Notes under the pieces: generated by a model
Database searches by the model: none
Seen by the model: the letters and a program-made list of their open reading frames with translations, nothing else
Told to the model about the DNA's origin: nothing
Position numbers and translations under genes: made by a program
Shown: positions 1 through 11,543 of the stretch, in pieces
Numbering within the stretch: position 1 is the stretch's first letter
Layout: each line of letters begins with the position of its first letter
Assembly (NCBI GenBank): GCA_036565505.1
Contig: DATCMY010000117.1
Span: 1 to 58,124, forward strand
Direction of reading: 5' to 3'
Source: Hanamia sp.
GTDB lineage: Bacteria; Bacteroidota; Bacteroidia; Chitinophagales; Chitinophagaceae
DNA length: 58,124 nucleotides

Positions 1-468
1 ATTGACCACTTTGGATGTTTCTTCATTTAAACGTCCTTTTTTATCCAGCATTTTATCAATTAACGAGATCGGTAATTTATTATAATGAACATTCATTTTT
101 AAATAATGTAAAGTATCAGCCAGGTGATCCATCCCCCTCAAATTGCCGGCTCTGCCAGTAGCAACGCCGGTTAGCAATGCTTTTTTAAAATACCATACTT
201 TTTTAATATCACTATTGTCAATCATTGTCTTTAATACCCCAGGATACGAACCATTATATTCAGGAATAATAAAAATGAATTTTTGCGTAGGAATCAAAAT
301 TTCCGATTCTATTTTGAGAAATTCAGGCGATCTGTGCAAAACATCTAAATCCAATAAAGTAAATATTTTTGCCTCAATATTTTTTTTGGATAATATTCTT
401 TGGTATTCTTTCGCTACTTTTTCTGTATGGCTTCCTATGCGGTTGGTACCGCTTATAATCGTGTACAT
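1..468 (-). CDS. NADPH-dependent FMN reductase (flavodoxin-like); 3' end runs off the window
   Basis: Not in the ORF track. My translation from ATG 468: MYTIISGTNRIGSHTEKVA...FIFIIPEYNGSYPGVLKTMID...TGVATGRAGNLRGMDHL. It contains the G-T-N-R and PEYNGSYPGVLK motifs of FMN reductases. Confidence 0.9.
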   Translation of the reverse strand, partial: MYTIISGTNRIGSHTEKVAKEYQRILSKKNIEAKIFTLLDLDVLHRSPEFLKIESEILIPTQKFIFIIPEYNGSYPGVLKTMIDNSDIKKVWYFKKALLTGVATGRAGNLRGMDHLADTLHYLKMNVHYNKLPISLIDKMLDKKGRLNEETSKVVN

Positions 469-589
469 TGTATAAAATTAAAGGCTTTTTCCTTTTTTAT
501 ATTTTAGAAAAATTAAAAATTATTAAATGCAGGAGAATTAATATATTGTTTTTACCAAGAGATTATGCGTAAATATTATGCCTAATAAT

Positions 590-597
590 TAGATTTG
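590..597 (+). promoter_or_regulatory. Bacteroidota primary-sigma -7 element (TAGATTTG) upstream of parA
   Basis: Matches TAnnTTTG about 95 nt before the parA start. Confidence 0.5.
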
Positions 598-692
598 CCA
601 AACTGGCTGAAAATATTTTGAATTAAAAAATAGGGAAATAAGAATTTGAAAACAGCTTTTTAAATCGAAAATCAAGAAACGGGAAACGAATT

Positions 693-1499
693 ATGGCGAA
701 AATTATAGGAATTGCAAATCAAAAAGGTGGAGTCGGTAAAACGACAACAGCCATTAACCTGGCGGCAAGCCTTGCAGTGCTTGAATTCAGGACACTATTG
801 GTAGATGCCGATCCGCAAGCCAATAGTACTACTGGCGTAGGATTTGACCTGCATAATATTACTACCGGCGTGTACGATTGTATGGTAAATGAAACGCCCC
901 CAAAAGATGTGATCTTAAAAACAGAAATTCCCTATCTTGACCTAATGCCCTCGCATATCGATCTTGTAGGTGCTGAAATTGAAATGATCAATTATCCTGA
1001 CAGGGAAAGTGTTTTGAAAAACATTTTAAAACAAATACGCGATCAATATGATTTTATCATAATCGATTGTTCCCCTTCCTTAGGATTAATAACTGTAAAT
1101 GCCCTGGTAGCCGCTGATAGTGTTGTAGTGCCGGTTCAGGCAGAATTTTTTGCATTGGAAGGTTTGGGAAAATTACTAAACACGATTAAAATTGTACAAA
1201 ACAGACTTAACCCCGAATTACAAATTGAGGGGCTTTTAATGACAATGTACGATGGCAGATTACGATTATGCAACCAGGTGGTTAATGAAGTGCGCCATCA
1301 TTTTGAAGATCTTGTTTTCAACAGTATTATTCACCGGAACACAAAATTAAGCGAAGCGCCCAGTTTTGGAAAACCCGCCATATTATATGATGCAGATAGC
1401 AAAGGAGCCATCAATTATTTGAATCTTGCGAAAGAAATACTGCAAAAAAATAACATGACAAAAATGTCTCAAAGTCAAAAAATAATGGAGCATCCATAA
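693..1499 (+). CDS. parA: Chromosome partitioning ATPase ParA/Soj
   Basis: Deviant Walker A motif [36 protein letters not shown]. Confidence 0.97.
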   Translation: MAKIIGIANQKGGVGKTTTAINLAASLAVLEFRTLLVDADPQANSTTGVGFDLHNITTGVYDCMVNETPPKDVILKTEIPYLDLMPSHIDLVGAEIEMINYPDRESVLKNILKQIRDQYDFIIIDCSPSLGLITVNALVAADSVVVPVQAEFFALEGLGKLLNTIKIVQNRLNPELQIEGLLMTMYDGRLRLCNQVVNEVRHHFEDLVFNSIIHRNTKLSEAPSFGKPAILYDADSKGAINYLNLAKEILQKNNMTKMSQSQKIMEHP

Positions 1500-1544
1500 T
1501 ATTATTTTAACCCTTAAAAATAATTTCAGAAGAAAAAAATAAAA

Positions 1545-2465
1545 ATGAGTACTCCCAATAAAAAAGATGCATTAGGAAAAGGAATCAGGTCGCTGTTGCA
1601 GAATATAAATACAGATCTTTCTGTTACTGAAAAGAGCTTGATGAAAGAGTCGCCGGAAAAAGCGCATATGATCAATACCCGCATTTCGCTTCATTTGATA
1701 GAAGCAAATCCGGAACAGCCCCGTCATGATTTTGATGAAAATGCTTTAAGTGAATTAGCTGCTTCTGTAAAAATGCATGATATTATTCAGCCCATTACTG
1801 TTTCTAAACTTACCAATGGAAAGTATAGAATTATAGCCGGAGAGAGAAGATTTCGTGCAGCAAAAATTGCAGGGCTCGCTGATGTACCTGTTTATATAAG
1901 AGAAACCAAAGATTCTAAAATACTGGAACTTGCTTTGCTGGAAAATTTGCAAAGAGAAGACCTCAATGCTATTGAAATTGCACTTAGTTACAAGCAATTA
2001 ATGGAAGAACTTGAATATTCGCAGGAGCAACTTGCAGAACGCATGGGCAAAGAAAGAAGCACCATTACCAACTATATCAGGCTTTTAAAATTACCTCCGG
2101 ATATACAAGCTGCTGTGAGAAATGGAAAAATAAGTATGGGCCATGCCAGGGCGCTTATTAATGTAGATGTAATAGATAAACAGCTCTATATTTTTAATGA
2201 AATAAAAGATAAAGAACTATCTGTACGCCAAACAGAAGACCTTGTAAGAAGATTATACACCCCCGGCAAAACGGCTGTTAATAATTCGATAAAAACCACG
2301 CTACCACCATCATTGAAAAAAATTGAAGATAATTTAGCATCTCATTTCAGCACCAAAGTGAAAATGACTCATAGTAAAAAAGGAACCGGCAGCATCACAT
2401 TCGATTATTATTCAATTGAAGAATTAAGTTCTCTTTTAGACAAGATGCAGGTTTCTGTAGAATAA
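1545..2465 (+). CDS. parB: Chromosome partitioning protein ParB/Spo0J
   Basis: LGKG N-terminal motif, NPEQPR, IIAGERRFRA arginine patch, ENLQREDL and an HTH; follows parA. Confidence 0.97.
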   Translation: MSTPNKKDALGKGIRSLLQNINTDLSVTEKSLMKESPEKAHMINTRISLHLIEANPEQPRHDFDENALSELAASVKMHDIIQPITVSKLTNGKYRIIAGERRFRAAKIAGLADVPVYIRETKDSKILELALLENLQREDLNAIEIALSYKQLMEELEYSQEQLAERMGKERSTITNYIRLLKLPPDIQAAVRNGKISMGHARALINVDVIDKQLYIFNEIKDKELSVRQTEDLVRRLYTPGKTAVNNSIKTTLPPSLKKIEDNLASHFSTKVKMTHSKKGTGSITFDYYSIEELSSLLDKMQVSVE

Positions 2466-2469
2466 AATT

Positions 2470-3120
2470 ATGCTATTACGTTCACTATACTTTACAGCAT
2501 TCGTATTCCTTTTTTTGTTACCGGGAACTAAAGTTTTTGCGCAGCAAAATGAAGATTCCATGCTTTTAAAAAGCAAGGTGGATAGCTCAGGAAAAGGAAA
2601 TAATATATTGGCTTCAGATAACGCAGTGAAAAAAAAATACAACCCAAAAGTGGCCACTTTCCGCTCTGCGGTATTGCCAGGATGGGGACAATGGTATAAT
2701 AAAAAGTACTGGAAAATTCCCATTGTTTATGGCGCTTTAGGAACTGCGGCTGGCGTTTTTTTCTACAATATAAAAACTTACAAAATTCTACGGCAGGCCG
2801 TTATTTATCGTTTGTCCGGCGATACTGCACAATACCGTTTGGTTGACCCCCAATACCAAAGTTATTCTACAGAATCGCTCCGGGGTTACCGGAATGTATT
2901 AAGGCAAAATATAGATTACTCGGTATTGGCGTTCCTTATTTTATGGGGAATCAATGTGGTAGATGCTACTGTAGATGCGCACCTTAAAGCTTTTGATGTA
3001 AGCTCCGATATTGGGTTAAGAATACAGCCGGGGTTTAATTACAGCACCAATAGCGCAGGGATTTCTTTGGTTTTCTTTTTGAAGGATAAAAATTCTAAAC
3101 CACTATTATCGTTGCCGTAA
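2470..3120 (+). CDS. DUF5683-type membrane/exported protein
   Basis: Signal peptide, SAVLPGWGQWYNKKYWKIP and NVVDATVDAHL motifs. Sits in its typical position between parB and dapB in Bacteroidota. Confidence 0.8.
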   Translation: MLLRSLYFTAFVFLFLLPGTKVFAQQNEDSMLLKSKVDSSGKGNNILASDNAVKKKYNPKVATFRSAVLPGWGQWYNKKYWKIPIVYGALGTAAGVFFYNIKTYKILRQAVIYRLSGDTAQYRLVDPQYQSYSTESLRGYRNVLRQNIDYSVLAFLILWGINVVDATVDAHLKAFDVSSDIGLRIQPGFNYSTNSAGISLVFFLKDKNSKPLLSLP

Positions 3121-3199
3121 ATAATAAAATTGACAACACGATTTTTTTACAAAAATTACACGAATTTTAAATTTTAATATTTTTTATTTCTATTAAATT

Positions 3200-3916
3200 A
3201 TGAATATCGCTTTATTAGGTTATGGAAAAATGGGTCACGCTATTGAAGAAATCGCTTTACAAAAAGGGCATCAAATTGTGCTGCGAATTAATGATCTCAA
3301 CTTAGAAGACCTTACAAAAGAAAATATTAAGAAAGCTGATGTTGCTATTGAGTTTACTAATCCGGAAAGTGCCACATCCAATATTTTATTTTGCCTTGAT
3401 AATAATGTACCGGTTGTATCTGGCACTACAGGCTGGTTATCACAATTAAATATTGTGGAAGAAAAATGCAAGGAAACAAAAGGCGCTTTTTTATATGCAA
3501 GTAATTTTAGCATTGGAGTAAATATTTTTTTTGAATTAAATAAAAAATTAGCCATGCTGATGAAGCCGCATACTAATTATGAAATTAGCCTGGAAGAAAT
3601 TCATCATACTCAAAAAAAAGATGCACCAAGCGGAACGGCAATTACTCTGGCGGAAGAAATAATCCAAAATTCAACTCAAAAAAATAAATGGGTTAACGCA
3701 GAAACAAAAAATGTAAACGAACTTTGCATCATCAGTAAAAGACTTGATGAAGTTCCCGGCACACATTCAGTAAAGTATACTTCATCTATTGATGATATTG
3801 AAATTATACATACCGCACATAATAGACAAGGATTTGCACAAGGGGCAGTACTTGCAGCAGAATATATAGCTCATAAAAAAGGAATTTTTTCTATGAAGGA
3901 TGTTTTGAATTTTTAA
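3200..3916 (+). CDS. dapB: 4-hydroxy-tetrahydrodipicolinate reductase
   Basis: GYGKMG, SGTTGW, ASNFSIG, EIHHTQKKDAPSGTA. Confidence 0.97.
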   Translation: MNIALLGYGKMGHAIEEIALQKGHQIVLRINDLNLEDLTKENIKKADVAIEFTNPESATSNILFCLDNNVPVVSGTTGWLSQLNIVEEKCKETKGAFLYASNFSIGVNIFFELNKKLAMLMKPHTNYEISLEEIHHTQKKDAPSGTAITLAEEIIQNSTQKNKWVNAETKNVNELCIISKRLDEVPGTHSVKYTSSIDDIEIIHTAHNRQGFAQGAVLAAEYIAHKKGIFSMKDVLNF

Positions 3917-3932
3917 CCGGTTTTTATTCAGA

Positions 3933-4466
3933 TTATTCAAACACCAATTTATCCGGAGATGAAACGATAGTTAACCTGTCAACAATTTTATGGTATAAAA
4001 AATTATGCTCTTCCATGTTGTGAAGAAAATGAATCAGGTGGTCATAAAACCCGGAAGTGTTAAGAATAAAGATTTTTTTATCATGAATATTTAATTGATT
4101 CCAGGTAAGCATTTCAAAAAATTCGTCCATAGTACCAAAGCCTCCCGGAAGAATTAAAGCCGCATCGCATTTTTCATAAAGCATTCGTTTACGGGTATGC
4201 ATATCTGCTACTTCAATCATTTCGGTAACACCAATGTGCTGATGCTCAAGCCCCGTTAATAGTTTTGGCATAATGCCGACAACTTTCCCGTTTCTTTCAA
4301 GAGTTGCATTGGCTAATTCGCCCATGATTCCTTTATTCCCTCCTCCATAAATAAGAGTAATATTTTTTTCAGCAAGTATAAAACCTAATTGCCTGGCATG
4401 TTCGCAAAAAAAAGGATCATCACCACTTTTTGATCCACAAAAAACCGCTAAAGATGAAATTGTCAT
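3933..4466 (-). CDS. LOG family (TIGR00730-type) nucleotide phosphoribohydrolase
   Basis: VFCGS, YGGG, MHTRK, LPGGFGTMDE. Confidence 0.92.
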   Translation of the reverse strand: MTISSLAVFCGSKSGDDPFFCEHARQLGFILAEKNITLIYGGGNKGIMGELANATLERNGKVVGIMPKLLTGLEHQHIGVTEMIEVADMHTRKRMLYEKCDAALILPGGFGTMDEFFEMLTWNQLNIHDKKIFILNTSGFYDHLIHFLHNMEEHNFLYHKIVDRLTIVSSPDKLVFE

Positions 4467-4547
4467 ATTTTTATTTACCTTGAAAAAGTTTCAAATTTAA
4501 ATTATAGAAATCCTAATTTCCCTTTTTTTATTTACGAACCCAAAATT

Positions 4548-6068
4548 ATGTCGCCAACAGTATTGCTTTCCTTTATCATCGGCTATTTTTTAATGCTTAT
4601 CCTTGTTTCTTATTTTACTTCAAGAAAATCTTCGGACAATGCCACTTTTTTTATTGCCAACCGTTCATCAAAATGGTATATAGTAGCATTCGGTATGATA
4701 GGCACAGCTTTAAGTGGAGTTACCTTTATTTCAGTTCCTGGCGAAGTGGGAAACCTCGCGGGTTCACAGTTTCGCTATTTTCAATTCGTATTAGGAAATG
4801 CGGTAGGTTATTTTATTGTAGCAGGAATTTTACTTCCATTATATTATAAAATGCACCTCATTTCTATTTATGAAGTGATAGGTCGCACATTGGGGAAAGT
4901 AAGTCATAAAACAGCAGCGGCAATTTTTTTACTTTCAAGAACAATCGGTTCTGCTTTTCGTTTGTATTTGGTGGCTATTGTTTTACAACGTTTTATTTTT
5001 GATGAAATGGGTGTGCCTTTCTGGCTCACCATTGTTATTTGCTTATTGCTTATTTGGGGATATACTTTTAGAGGAGGCCTCAAAACAATCATTATTACTG
5101 ATACATTGCAAACCGTTTTCCTGGTTACCTCGGTTTTTCTTTCCATCTATTTTATATGTAATAGTTTAGATTTAAATATCAGCCAGGCTTTTCATGCCAT
5201 TAAAGACAGTCACTATTCAAAAATATTTTTCACTGATAATTTTGTTACTAATAAATTTCATTTTACCAAGCAATTTTTAGGAGGCATATTTGTTACCATC
5301 GGTATGTTTGGACTCGATCAGGATCTGATGCAAAAAAATCTCAGTTGCAAAAATCTAAAAGATGCTCAGAAAAATATGCTCAGTTTTACAGTAATTTTTG
5401 TGATCATCAACCTGTTTTTTTTAAGCGTAGGTGCATTACTTTATATTTATGCCAATAAAGAAGGAATTGCCATGCCTCTTGATGCCACTACCCACCTGCC
5501 AAGAACGGATTATTTATTCCCTGAAATTGCATTGAATCATTTCAAAGGAGTTCCGGCCGTCGTTTTTATGCTTGGCCTTACCGCTGCAACCTTTGCTACT
5601 ACTGATTCCGGGCTCACAGCACTAACAACTTCTTTCTGTATTGATTTTTTAAATTTTGATAAAAATAAAACCAATACAGAGCCACAAATGGTAAGAAAGA
5701 GAACTTATGTACATATTGGTTTTTCCCTATTAATATTGCTTGTCATTTTATTATTCAATGCAGTAAATGACGCTTCAGTAGTGTCTGCTATTTTTAAAGT
5801 GGCCACTTACACTTATGGGCCACTCATCGGCTTGTTTGCATTTTCTTTGTACGCCAAAAAGAGGAATGTGCTTGATAAAGCCACGCCTATAATTTGTATT
5901 TTGGCTCCGTTGGCCTGTTTTTTTATTGATAAATATTCTACCTTTCTGTTTGATGGTTATGTATTTGCCGAAGAATTAATTATTGTAAATGGCCTTCTTA
6001 CTTTTATTGGATTATTATTAGTATCAAAAAAGAAAACAATTGAAGAAATAAATTTATCTCATGCCTGA
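4548..6068 (+). CDS. Sodium:solute symporter
   Basis: Many transmembrane segments; FISVPG, GGLKTIIITDTLQ, GLDQDLMQK. Confidence 0.92.
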   Translation: MSPTVLLSFIIGYFLMLILVSYFTSRKSSDNATFFIANRSSKWYIVAFGMIGTALSGVTFISVPGEVGNLAGSQFRYFQFVLGNAVGYFIVAGILLPLYYKMHLISIYEVIGRTLGKVSHKTAAAIFLLSRTIGSAFRLYLVAIVLQRFIFDEMGVPFWLTIVICLLLIWGYTFRGGLKTIIITDTLQTVFLVTSVFLSIYFICNSLDLNISQAFHAIKDSHYSKIFFTDNFVTNKFHFTKQFLGGIFVTIGMFGLDQDLMQKNLSCKNLKDAQKNMLSFTVIFVIINLFFLSVGALLYIYANKEGIAMPLDATTHLPRTDYLFPEIALNHFKGVPAVVFMLGLTAATFATTDSGLTALTTSFCIDFLNFDKNKTNTEPQMVRKRTYVHIGFSLLILLVILLFNAVNDASVVSAIFKVATYTYGPLIGLFAFSLYAKKRNVLDKATPIICILAPLACFFIDKYSTFLFDGYVFAEELIIVNGLLTFIGLLLVSKKKTIEEINLSHA

Positions 6069-6702
6069 AATAGTAAATGACAAAGCCACGGAATATGCTG
6101 CTTTATTTTCTGAACCAACTGATAGTTTGTTGCAGGAAATAGAAAAATATACAATGCAGCATCATCCACATGCCAACATGCTCAGCGGTCCACTGCAGGG
6201 CAAATTGCTTGAAATGATCAGCCGTATTATAATGCCTGAAAATATTTTAGAAATCGGCACATTTATGGGTTACAGTGCGCTGTGCCTTGCCAAAGGACTT
6301 TTACCAAATGGGCATCTGCATACATTGGAATTAAGGAAAGAAGATGCGGAGATTGCAAAAAACTTTTTTGCAAAATCTTCACAAAGCAATCAAATAATTT
6401 TACACGAGGGAAATGCATTAGATATTATCCCAAAACTTTCACAAACATGGGATCTCATTTTTATTGATGCTGATAAAACGAATTATATTAATTATTACGA
6501 ATTAACTTTGCCCCGTCTAAGAAAAGGAGGTGTAATTCTGGCAGACAATGTGTTATTTCATGGAGAAGTGCTTGAAGATAATATAAACGGTAAAAATGCA
6601 AAAGCCATCCATGCTTTTAATGAGCATGTTGCAGATGATGACAGAGTGCAACAGGTGATCCTCACCGTTAGAGACGGCTTAATGATGATAAGAAAAAATT
6701 AA
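6061..6702 (+). CDS. SAM-dependent O-methyltransferase (caffeoyl-CoA/TrmR-like)
   Basis: ILEIGTFMGYS, FIDADK, ADNVLFHG, RDGL. Confidence 0.92.
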   Translation: MPEIVNDKATEYAALFSEPTDSLLQEIEKYTMQHHPHANMLSGPLQGKLLEMISRIIMPENILEIGTFMGYSALCLAKGLLPNGHLHTLELRKEDAEIAKNFFAKSSQSNQIILHEGNALDIIPKLSQTWDLIFIDADKTNYINYYELTLPRLRKGGVILADNVLFHGEVLEDNINGKNAKAIHAFNEHVADDDRVQQVILTVRDGLMMIRKN

Positions 6703-6744
6703 AATTATTTTTTCTAAATAATAATACTAAATCTTCTTTCCATA

Positions 6745-7917
6745 ATGAACAAAATTTTGGTCATTTTGTTTTTATCTATTGGTTGTTTCTTTGAATCATC
6801 AGCACAAAATATGACCGCTGAACAGTATGTGCAGAAATATAAAGACCTGGCTATCCGGGAAATGAAAAGGATGGGAGTACCTGCCGCTATTACACTTGCT
6901 CAGGGGCTTTTAGAAACTGAAAATGGCAATAGCGAATTATTAATGAAATCAAATAATCATTTTGGCATAAAATGCAAAAGCACCTGGAACGCGGGTAGCG
7001 TAAGCCATGATGACGATGCCCCGGGCGAATGTTTCAGAGTTTATAAAGATGCGGAGGAATCTTATCGCGACCATTCCAATTTTTTAAGAGGTAATGACCG
7101 TTATGCATTCTTATTTAAACTGGATCCCACAGATTATAAAGGATGGGCTTATGGATTACGAAAGGCTGGCTACGCTACCAATCCTAAATATCCCGAAATT
7201 TTAATTAATAATATTGAGACCAATAATTTACAACAATATACGCTTGAAGCCGCCGGTGATGTACCTGTTTTTGATGCTTCAAAATATAAAAGTGATCCGG
7301 AAGAAAAGTCTTCAGATGCCTCGCAAAATGCGGATTCAGATAACCTGCAACCAACAAAACTTTCTGTAAATGGATCGCGGGCACTTTTTGTTTCCAAAGG
7401 GACTTCATTACTGGCCATAGCAACAGAAAATAATATCAATCTTGCCAAACTCCTGGAAATAAATGATATGACCAAAGATGGATTACTTGAAAAAGATCAA
7501 TTTATTTTCCTGGAGAAAAAACAAAAAGAAGGCAACAGAAATTTTTGCATTGCAGAGCCTGGCGAAACCTTATATGATATAGCTCAAAAAAACGGCATCA
7601 TTTTACAAAATCTGTGTGATTATAATAATCTTTCTGCCAATGATAACATTGTAACCGGAACCAAAATTTTTCTTAAACCGCAACCAATTACCGCTACAAT
7701 TCAGACTTCTGAAATACAACAATCGCAAACACTAAACAATCCATCTCAAACAACCAACATCAAATCCACTGCAACTAATATCCATGAAGTTCAACCCAAA
7801 GAAGGTCTTTATTCTATTTCAAAAAAATATGGAGTTTCTATTGAGCAAATAAAAAAATGGAATAATTTACAAAGCGACAATTTACAAATCGGGCAACAGC
7901 TCATCATATCAAAATAA
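6745..7917 (+). CDS. GH73 glucosaminidase with LysM repeats (peptidoglycan hydrolase)
   Basis: Signal peptide, ITLAQGLLET, NNHFGIKC, AGYATNPKY; C-terminal LysM domains (LYSISKKYGVSIEQIKKWNNL). Confidence 0.92.
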   Translation: MNKILVILFLSIGCFFESSAQNMTAEQYVQKYKDLAIREMKRMGVPAAITLAQGLLETENGNSELLMKSNNHFGIKCKSTWNAGSVSHDDDAPGECFRVYKDAEESYRDHSNFLRGNDRYAFLFKLDPTDYKGWAYGLRKAGYATNPKYPEILINNIETNNLQQYTLEAAGDVPVFDASKYKSDPEEKSSDASQNADSDNLQPTKLSVNGSRALFVSKGTSLLAIATENNINLAKLLEINDMTKDGLLEKDQFIFLEKKQKEGNRNFCIAEPGETLYDIAQKNGIILQNLCDYNNLSANDNIVTGTKIFLKPQPITATIQTSEIQQSQTLNNPSQTTNIKSTATNIHEVQPKEGLYSISKKYGVSIEQIKKWNNLQSDNLQIGQQLIISK

Positions 7918-7920
7918 TTT

Positions 7921-8454
7921 ATGGCCATTATAAAAGTTCATGACAAAGAATTTATTCCTTATTTAACAGCAGAAGAAATAGATGAGCAGGTTACAAGAAT
8001 AGCTGCGGAAATCAACAGGGATTATCATGGCAGAAAACCTTTATTTATAGCTATTCTCAATGGCGCTTTTATTTTTGCCGCTGATCTTTTTAAACAAATA
8101 GATATAGAAGCAGAAATAGCCTTTATAAAATTGGCGTCCTACAAAGGGGTAAAATCAACCGGAAATGTAATCACTGCCATAGGCCTTGATGCTGAATTGT
8201 ATGGCAGAGATGTAATTATTATAGAAGATATCGTAGATACCGGAAAAACACTTTCGCAATTTCTGCCACAACTTGAGCATCAACATCCCGCTTCATTAAA
8301 AATCGCCGCGCTTTTACATAAACCTGATGCAATGGTGCATCCGATAAAAATTGATTATTTAGGCTTTACCATTCCCAATAAATTTGTATTAGGTTTTGGA
8401 TTAGATTATGATGGATTAGGAAGAAACATCAAAGAGATTTATCAGTTAGTTTAA
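7921..8454 (+). CDS. hpt: Hypoxanthine phosphoribosyltransferase
   Basis: PRPP-binding motif IIIEDIVDTGKTL; FVLGFGLDY. Confidence 0.95.
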   Translation: MAIIKVHDKEFIPYLTAEEIDEQVTRIAAEINRDYHGRKPLFIAILNGAFIFAADLFKQIDIEAEIAFIKLASYKGVKSTGNVITAIGLDAELYGRDVIIIEDIVDTGKTLSQFLPQLEHQHPASLKIAALLHKPDAMVHPIKIDYLGFTIPNKFVLGFGLDYDGLGRNIKEIYQLV

Positions 8455-8558
8455 AAGCACTCCCTGGCTTGTAAAAGAGAATTTAAAAATTGTTGATAAT
8501 ATAAAAATTGCTTTGTAACTTTCATAAGAAGGTTTACCTTTCCTATTAAACGGCTGCC

Positions 8559-10325
8559 TTGAAAAGGATATTTTTTATAATTATCATTTTATCCCTTTTA
8601 AAAACTGTTTCTGCACAATATTATATCAGGGGCGATGTAAAGGATGAAAAGAACCAGCCTTTGCAGAATGTAAAAATTTACATGCCCTCCACACGCTCTC
8701 TTTATTACAGTGGCAATACAGGAGGTTTTGGGATACCCTCTTCCAATTTATATGATTCACTCTTATTTAGCCTTGACGGATATTCTACTCAATCTTTAAG
8801 GATCAAAACCAATGTATATCAGGAAATAATTTTAAAAATGATTCCTGTAGCGGAAAGCACACACAAACCCAAACTCATTTCAATTACCTCAAGCAAAAGC
8901 GGGCAAATATTTCCGTCAGAATTTTATCAATCTGAAAGTTATAGCAATCTTGTAGAAAATGATTTTATCAAAACAGGTAATAATTATACAACAGGATTTT
9001 CGATGCGAATTGATAAAGCCTCCTACAGTAATATCCGTAGGTTTATTAACCTTGGCATGAAAGTACCTCCCGATGCTGTAAGAATTGATGAAATGCTTAA
9101 TTATTTTAATTTTTGTTATAAGGAACCTTCGCAAAATAAAGTTTTCAGGCTTGAATCTCAAATTTCTGATTGCCCGTGGAATAAAGACCATCGCCTTTTA
9201 TTTTTAAATTTATCGGCCAAAAAATTAAATCTTGATCATGTCCCTAAATCAAATTTTGTTTTCTTAATTGATGTTTCAGGAAGTATGGACCAGCCAAACA
9301 GGTTGCCTCTTTTAAAAGAAGCCTTTCAATTATTGGTAAAAAACCTTAGAGCAAAAGATACCGTTTCAATTGTAACTTATGGTGGCTCTGTGGGAATTTG
9401 GCTAAAACCAACAAGCGGGGCTGAAAAACAAAAGATTTCCAAAGCCCTGGAAGAATTGAATGCGGCCGGCGACACACCTGGTGAAGCAGCCATCAGAACC
9501 GCCTATAAATTAGCAGAAAGTACTTTTATGAAAGATGGAAATAATCGTATTATACTTGCTACCGATGGAGATTTTAATATTGGCCAAACAACTGAAAAAG
9601 AATTGGAAGAATTAATTGCAAAAGAAAAACAAGGAGGAGTTTACCTCACCTGCCTTGGAGTAGGCATGGGAAATTATAAAGATTCAAAAATTGAAATACT
9701 TTCAAAAAAAGGAAATGGCAATTTTGCTTATATAGATGATATCAGGGAAGCCGAAAAAATATTGGTTACAGAATTTACTCAAACACTTTATTCCATAGCA
9801 AGCGACGTTTTTTTAAACATAAAATTCAATCCCGGTTTAATTAAAGACTACCGCCTGATTGGCTATGATAATAAAAAAAATACACTCGCAGAAAATGGCG
9901 ATGAACTCGAAGGTGGTGAAATAGGTTCGGCATCAGGCAATACAGTTGTATTTGAAATTACCCCTGTAAATAAAGATACTTTGGCAAATGAAAATTTGAA
10001 TATTGCTGATATTTCTTTGCACTATCGCTCGCCCGGCGATACCCTGGAGCAAAATTTAAAATTTGATTGCCCGGGAAATTATGTTTCTTTCAACCGGCTG
10101 GATGATAAGCTCAGATTTGCAACTGCCGTAACCATGTTGGGCCTTAAACTGCGGGAATCAAAATATTTTCCTGATGTTGATTGGAATGTGATAAAAAATA
10201 TTGCACTTTCTTCCCAAACACCTGGCGATTATCTCGAATCAGAATTTATAGGCTTAATAGATAAATCCAAAGTAATTTATACTGAAAAGAAAAAAAGAAA
10301 ATGGAGGAAAAATAAATTACCTTAA
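8559..10325 (+). CDS. von Willebrand factor A domain protein (YfbK-like), exported
   Basis: TTG start and signal peptide; DKASYSNIRRF and PPDAVRIDEMLNYF; MIDAS motif DVSGSM; ILATDGDFNIG; YRLIGYDN. Confidence 0.88.
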   Translation: MKRIFFIIIILSLLKTVSAQYYIRGDVKDEKNQPLQNVKIYMPSTRSLYYSGNTGGFGIPSSNLYDSLLFSLDGYSTQSLRIKTNVYQEIILKMIPVAESTHKPKLISITSSKSGQIFPSEFYQSESYSNLVENDFIKTGNNYTTGFSMRIDKASYSNIRRFINLGMKVPPDAVRIDEMLNYFNFCYKEPSQNKVFRLESQISDCPWNKDHRLLFLNLSAKKLNLDHVPKSNFVFLIDVSGSMDQPNRLPLLKEAFQLLVKNLRAKDTVSIVTYGGSVGIWLKPTSGAEKQKISKALEELNAAGDTPGEAAIRTAYKLAESTFMKDGNNRIILATDGDFNIGQTTEKELEELIAKEKQGGVYLTCLGVGMGNYKDSKIEILSKKGNGNFAYIDDIREAEKILVTEFTQTLYSIASDVFLNIKFNPGLIKDYRLIGYDNKKNTLAENGDELEGGEIGSASGNTVVFEITPVNKDTLANENLNIADISLHYRSPGDTLEQNLKFDCPGNYVSFNRLDDKLRFATAVTMLGLKLRESKYFPDVDWNVIKNIALSSQTPGDYLESEFIGLIDKSKVIYTEKKKRKWRKNKLP

Positions 10326-10353
10326 CTTTTTAAGCTTTTAATTAAATCCTTTA

Positions 10354-11532
10354 TCAACTAAATGTTTCTCTTATTTTTTCCCAAAAAGATTTATCGTTTT
10401 TATCAGGCTTGGGTTTAAAATTTTCGCTGATCTGCATTTTTTCCAGTATTTCTTTCTCATCATCCGAAACATGCTGAGGAGTCCATACATTTATTTGAAT
10501 TAACTGATCGCCTTTTTCGTAAGAATTTATTGAAGGAAAACCTTTTCCCTTTAACCTGAAAATTTTTCCGCTTTGTGTGCCGGCAGGAATTTTAATTTTT
10601 GCCCTGCCGTCAATAGTGGGCACTTCAGTTTGAGTACCAAAAACTGCCTCCGGGAAAGAAATATATAAATCAAAAGCAACATTAAGTCCTTCCCTGTGTA
10701 AATGTGGATGAGCCTCTTCCTGAATTAAAATGATCAAATCTCCGGGGCCACCACCACGTTCACCCATATTTCCTTTTCCACTCATGCTTAATTGCATTCC
10801 ATCCTGTACACCAGCGGGTATTTCCAAGGTTACATTTTCTTCACCATATACTCTACCCTCGCCTTTACAATTAGTACATTTATTGGTAATAACTGATCCT
10901 TCACCATTACAATCAGGACAAGTATTTACTGTTTGCATCTGGCCTAAAAAAGTATTCTGTACTCTTCTGACTTGTCCGCTTCCGCCACAAGTTCTGCAGG
11001 TTTGAGTACTATTTTTATCTTTTGCACCTGTACCGCTACATGTATTACATGAAATGTATTTTTTTACTTTTATCGTTTTGGTAGTTCCTTTCGCGATCTC
11101 CTCATAATTTACTTTTATTTTTACGCGTAAATTACTTCCCCTTACGCCCCTGCTCCTCCTGGAACCACCGCTGCTTCTACCTCCACTAAAAAAACTTCCG
11201 AACATGTCATCACCAAATATATCTCCAAACTGGCTAAAAATATCTTCCATATTCATGCCATGGCCCGAGAAACCTCCACCCCCACCACGACCTGGGCCAA
11301 ATGCATTATGACCAAATCTGTCATATTGTGCCCGTTTATCCGGATCACTCAATATTTCATAAGCTTCCGCAGCCTCTTTAAATTTATCTTCCGCAGTATG
11401 ATCGCCGGGATTTCTGTCCGGGTGAAATTGCATTGCTACTTTACGGTAAGCTTTTTTTATTTCATCTGCAGTTGAGCTTTTTCCTACACCCAATATTTCG
11501 TAAAAATCTCTTTTAGACATTGTACTCGCCAT
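10354..11532 (-). CDS. dnaJ: Molecular chaperone DnaJ
   Basis: J-domain HPD motif, G/F-rich region, four CxxCxGxG zinc-finger repeats. The start may be 11520. Confidence 0.98.
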   Translation of the reverse strand: MASTMSKRDFYEILGVGKSSTADEIKKAYRKVAMQFHPDRNPGDHTAEDKFKEAAEAYEILSDPDKRAQYDRFGHNAFGPGRGGGGGFSGHGMNMEDIFSQFGDIFGDDMFGSFFSGGRSSGGSRRSRGVRGSNLRVKIKVNYEEIAKGTTKTIKVKKYISCNTCSGTGAKDKNSTQTCRTCGGSGQVRRVQNTFLGQMQTVNTCPDCNGEGSVITNKCTNCKGEGRVYGEENVTLEIPAGVQDGMQLSMSGKGNMGERGGGPGDLIILIQEEAHPHLHREGLNVAFDLYISFPEAVFGTQTEVPTIDGRAKIKIPAGTQSGKIFRLKGKGFPSINSYEKGDQLIQINVWTPQHVSDDEKEILEKMQISENFKPKPDKNDKSFWEKIRETFS

Positions 11533-11543
11533 ACTATTTTAAT

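Noticed and set aside
143-475. 110-aa plus-strand ORF
   Set aside because: It is the antisense shadow of the FMN reductase gene on the minus strand (1-468).
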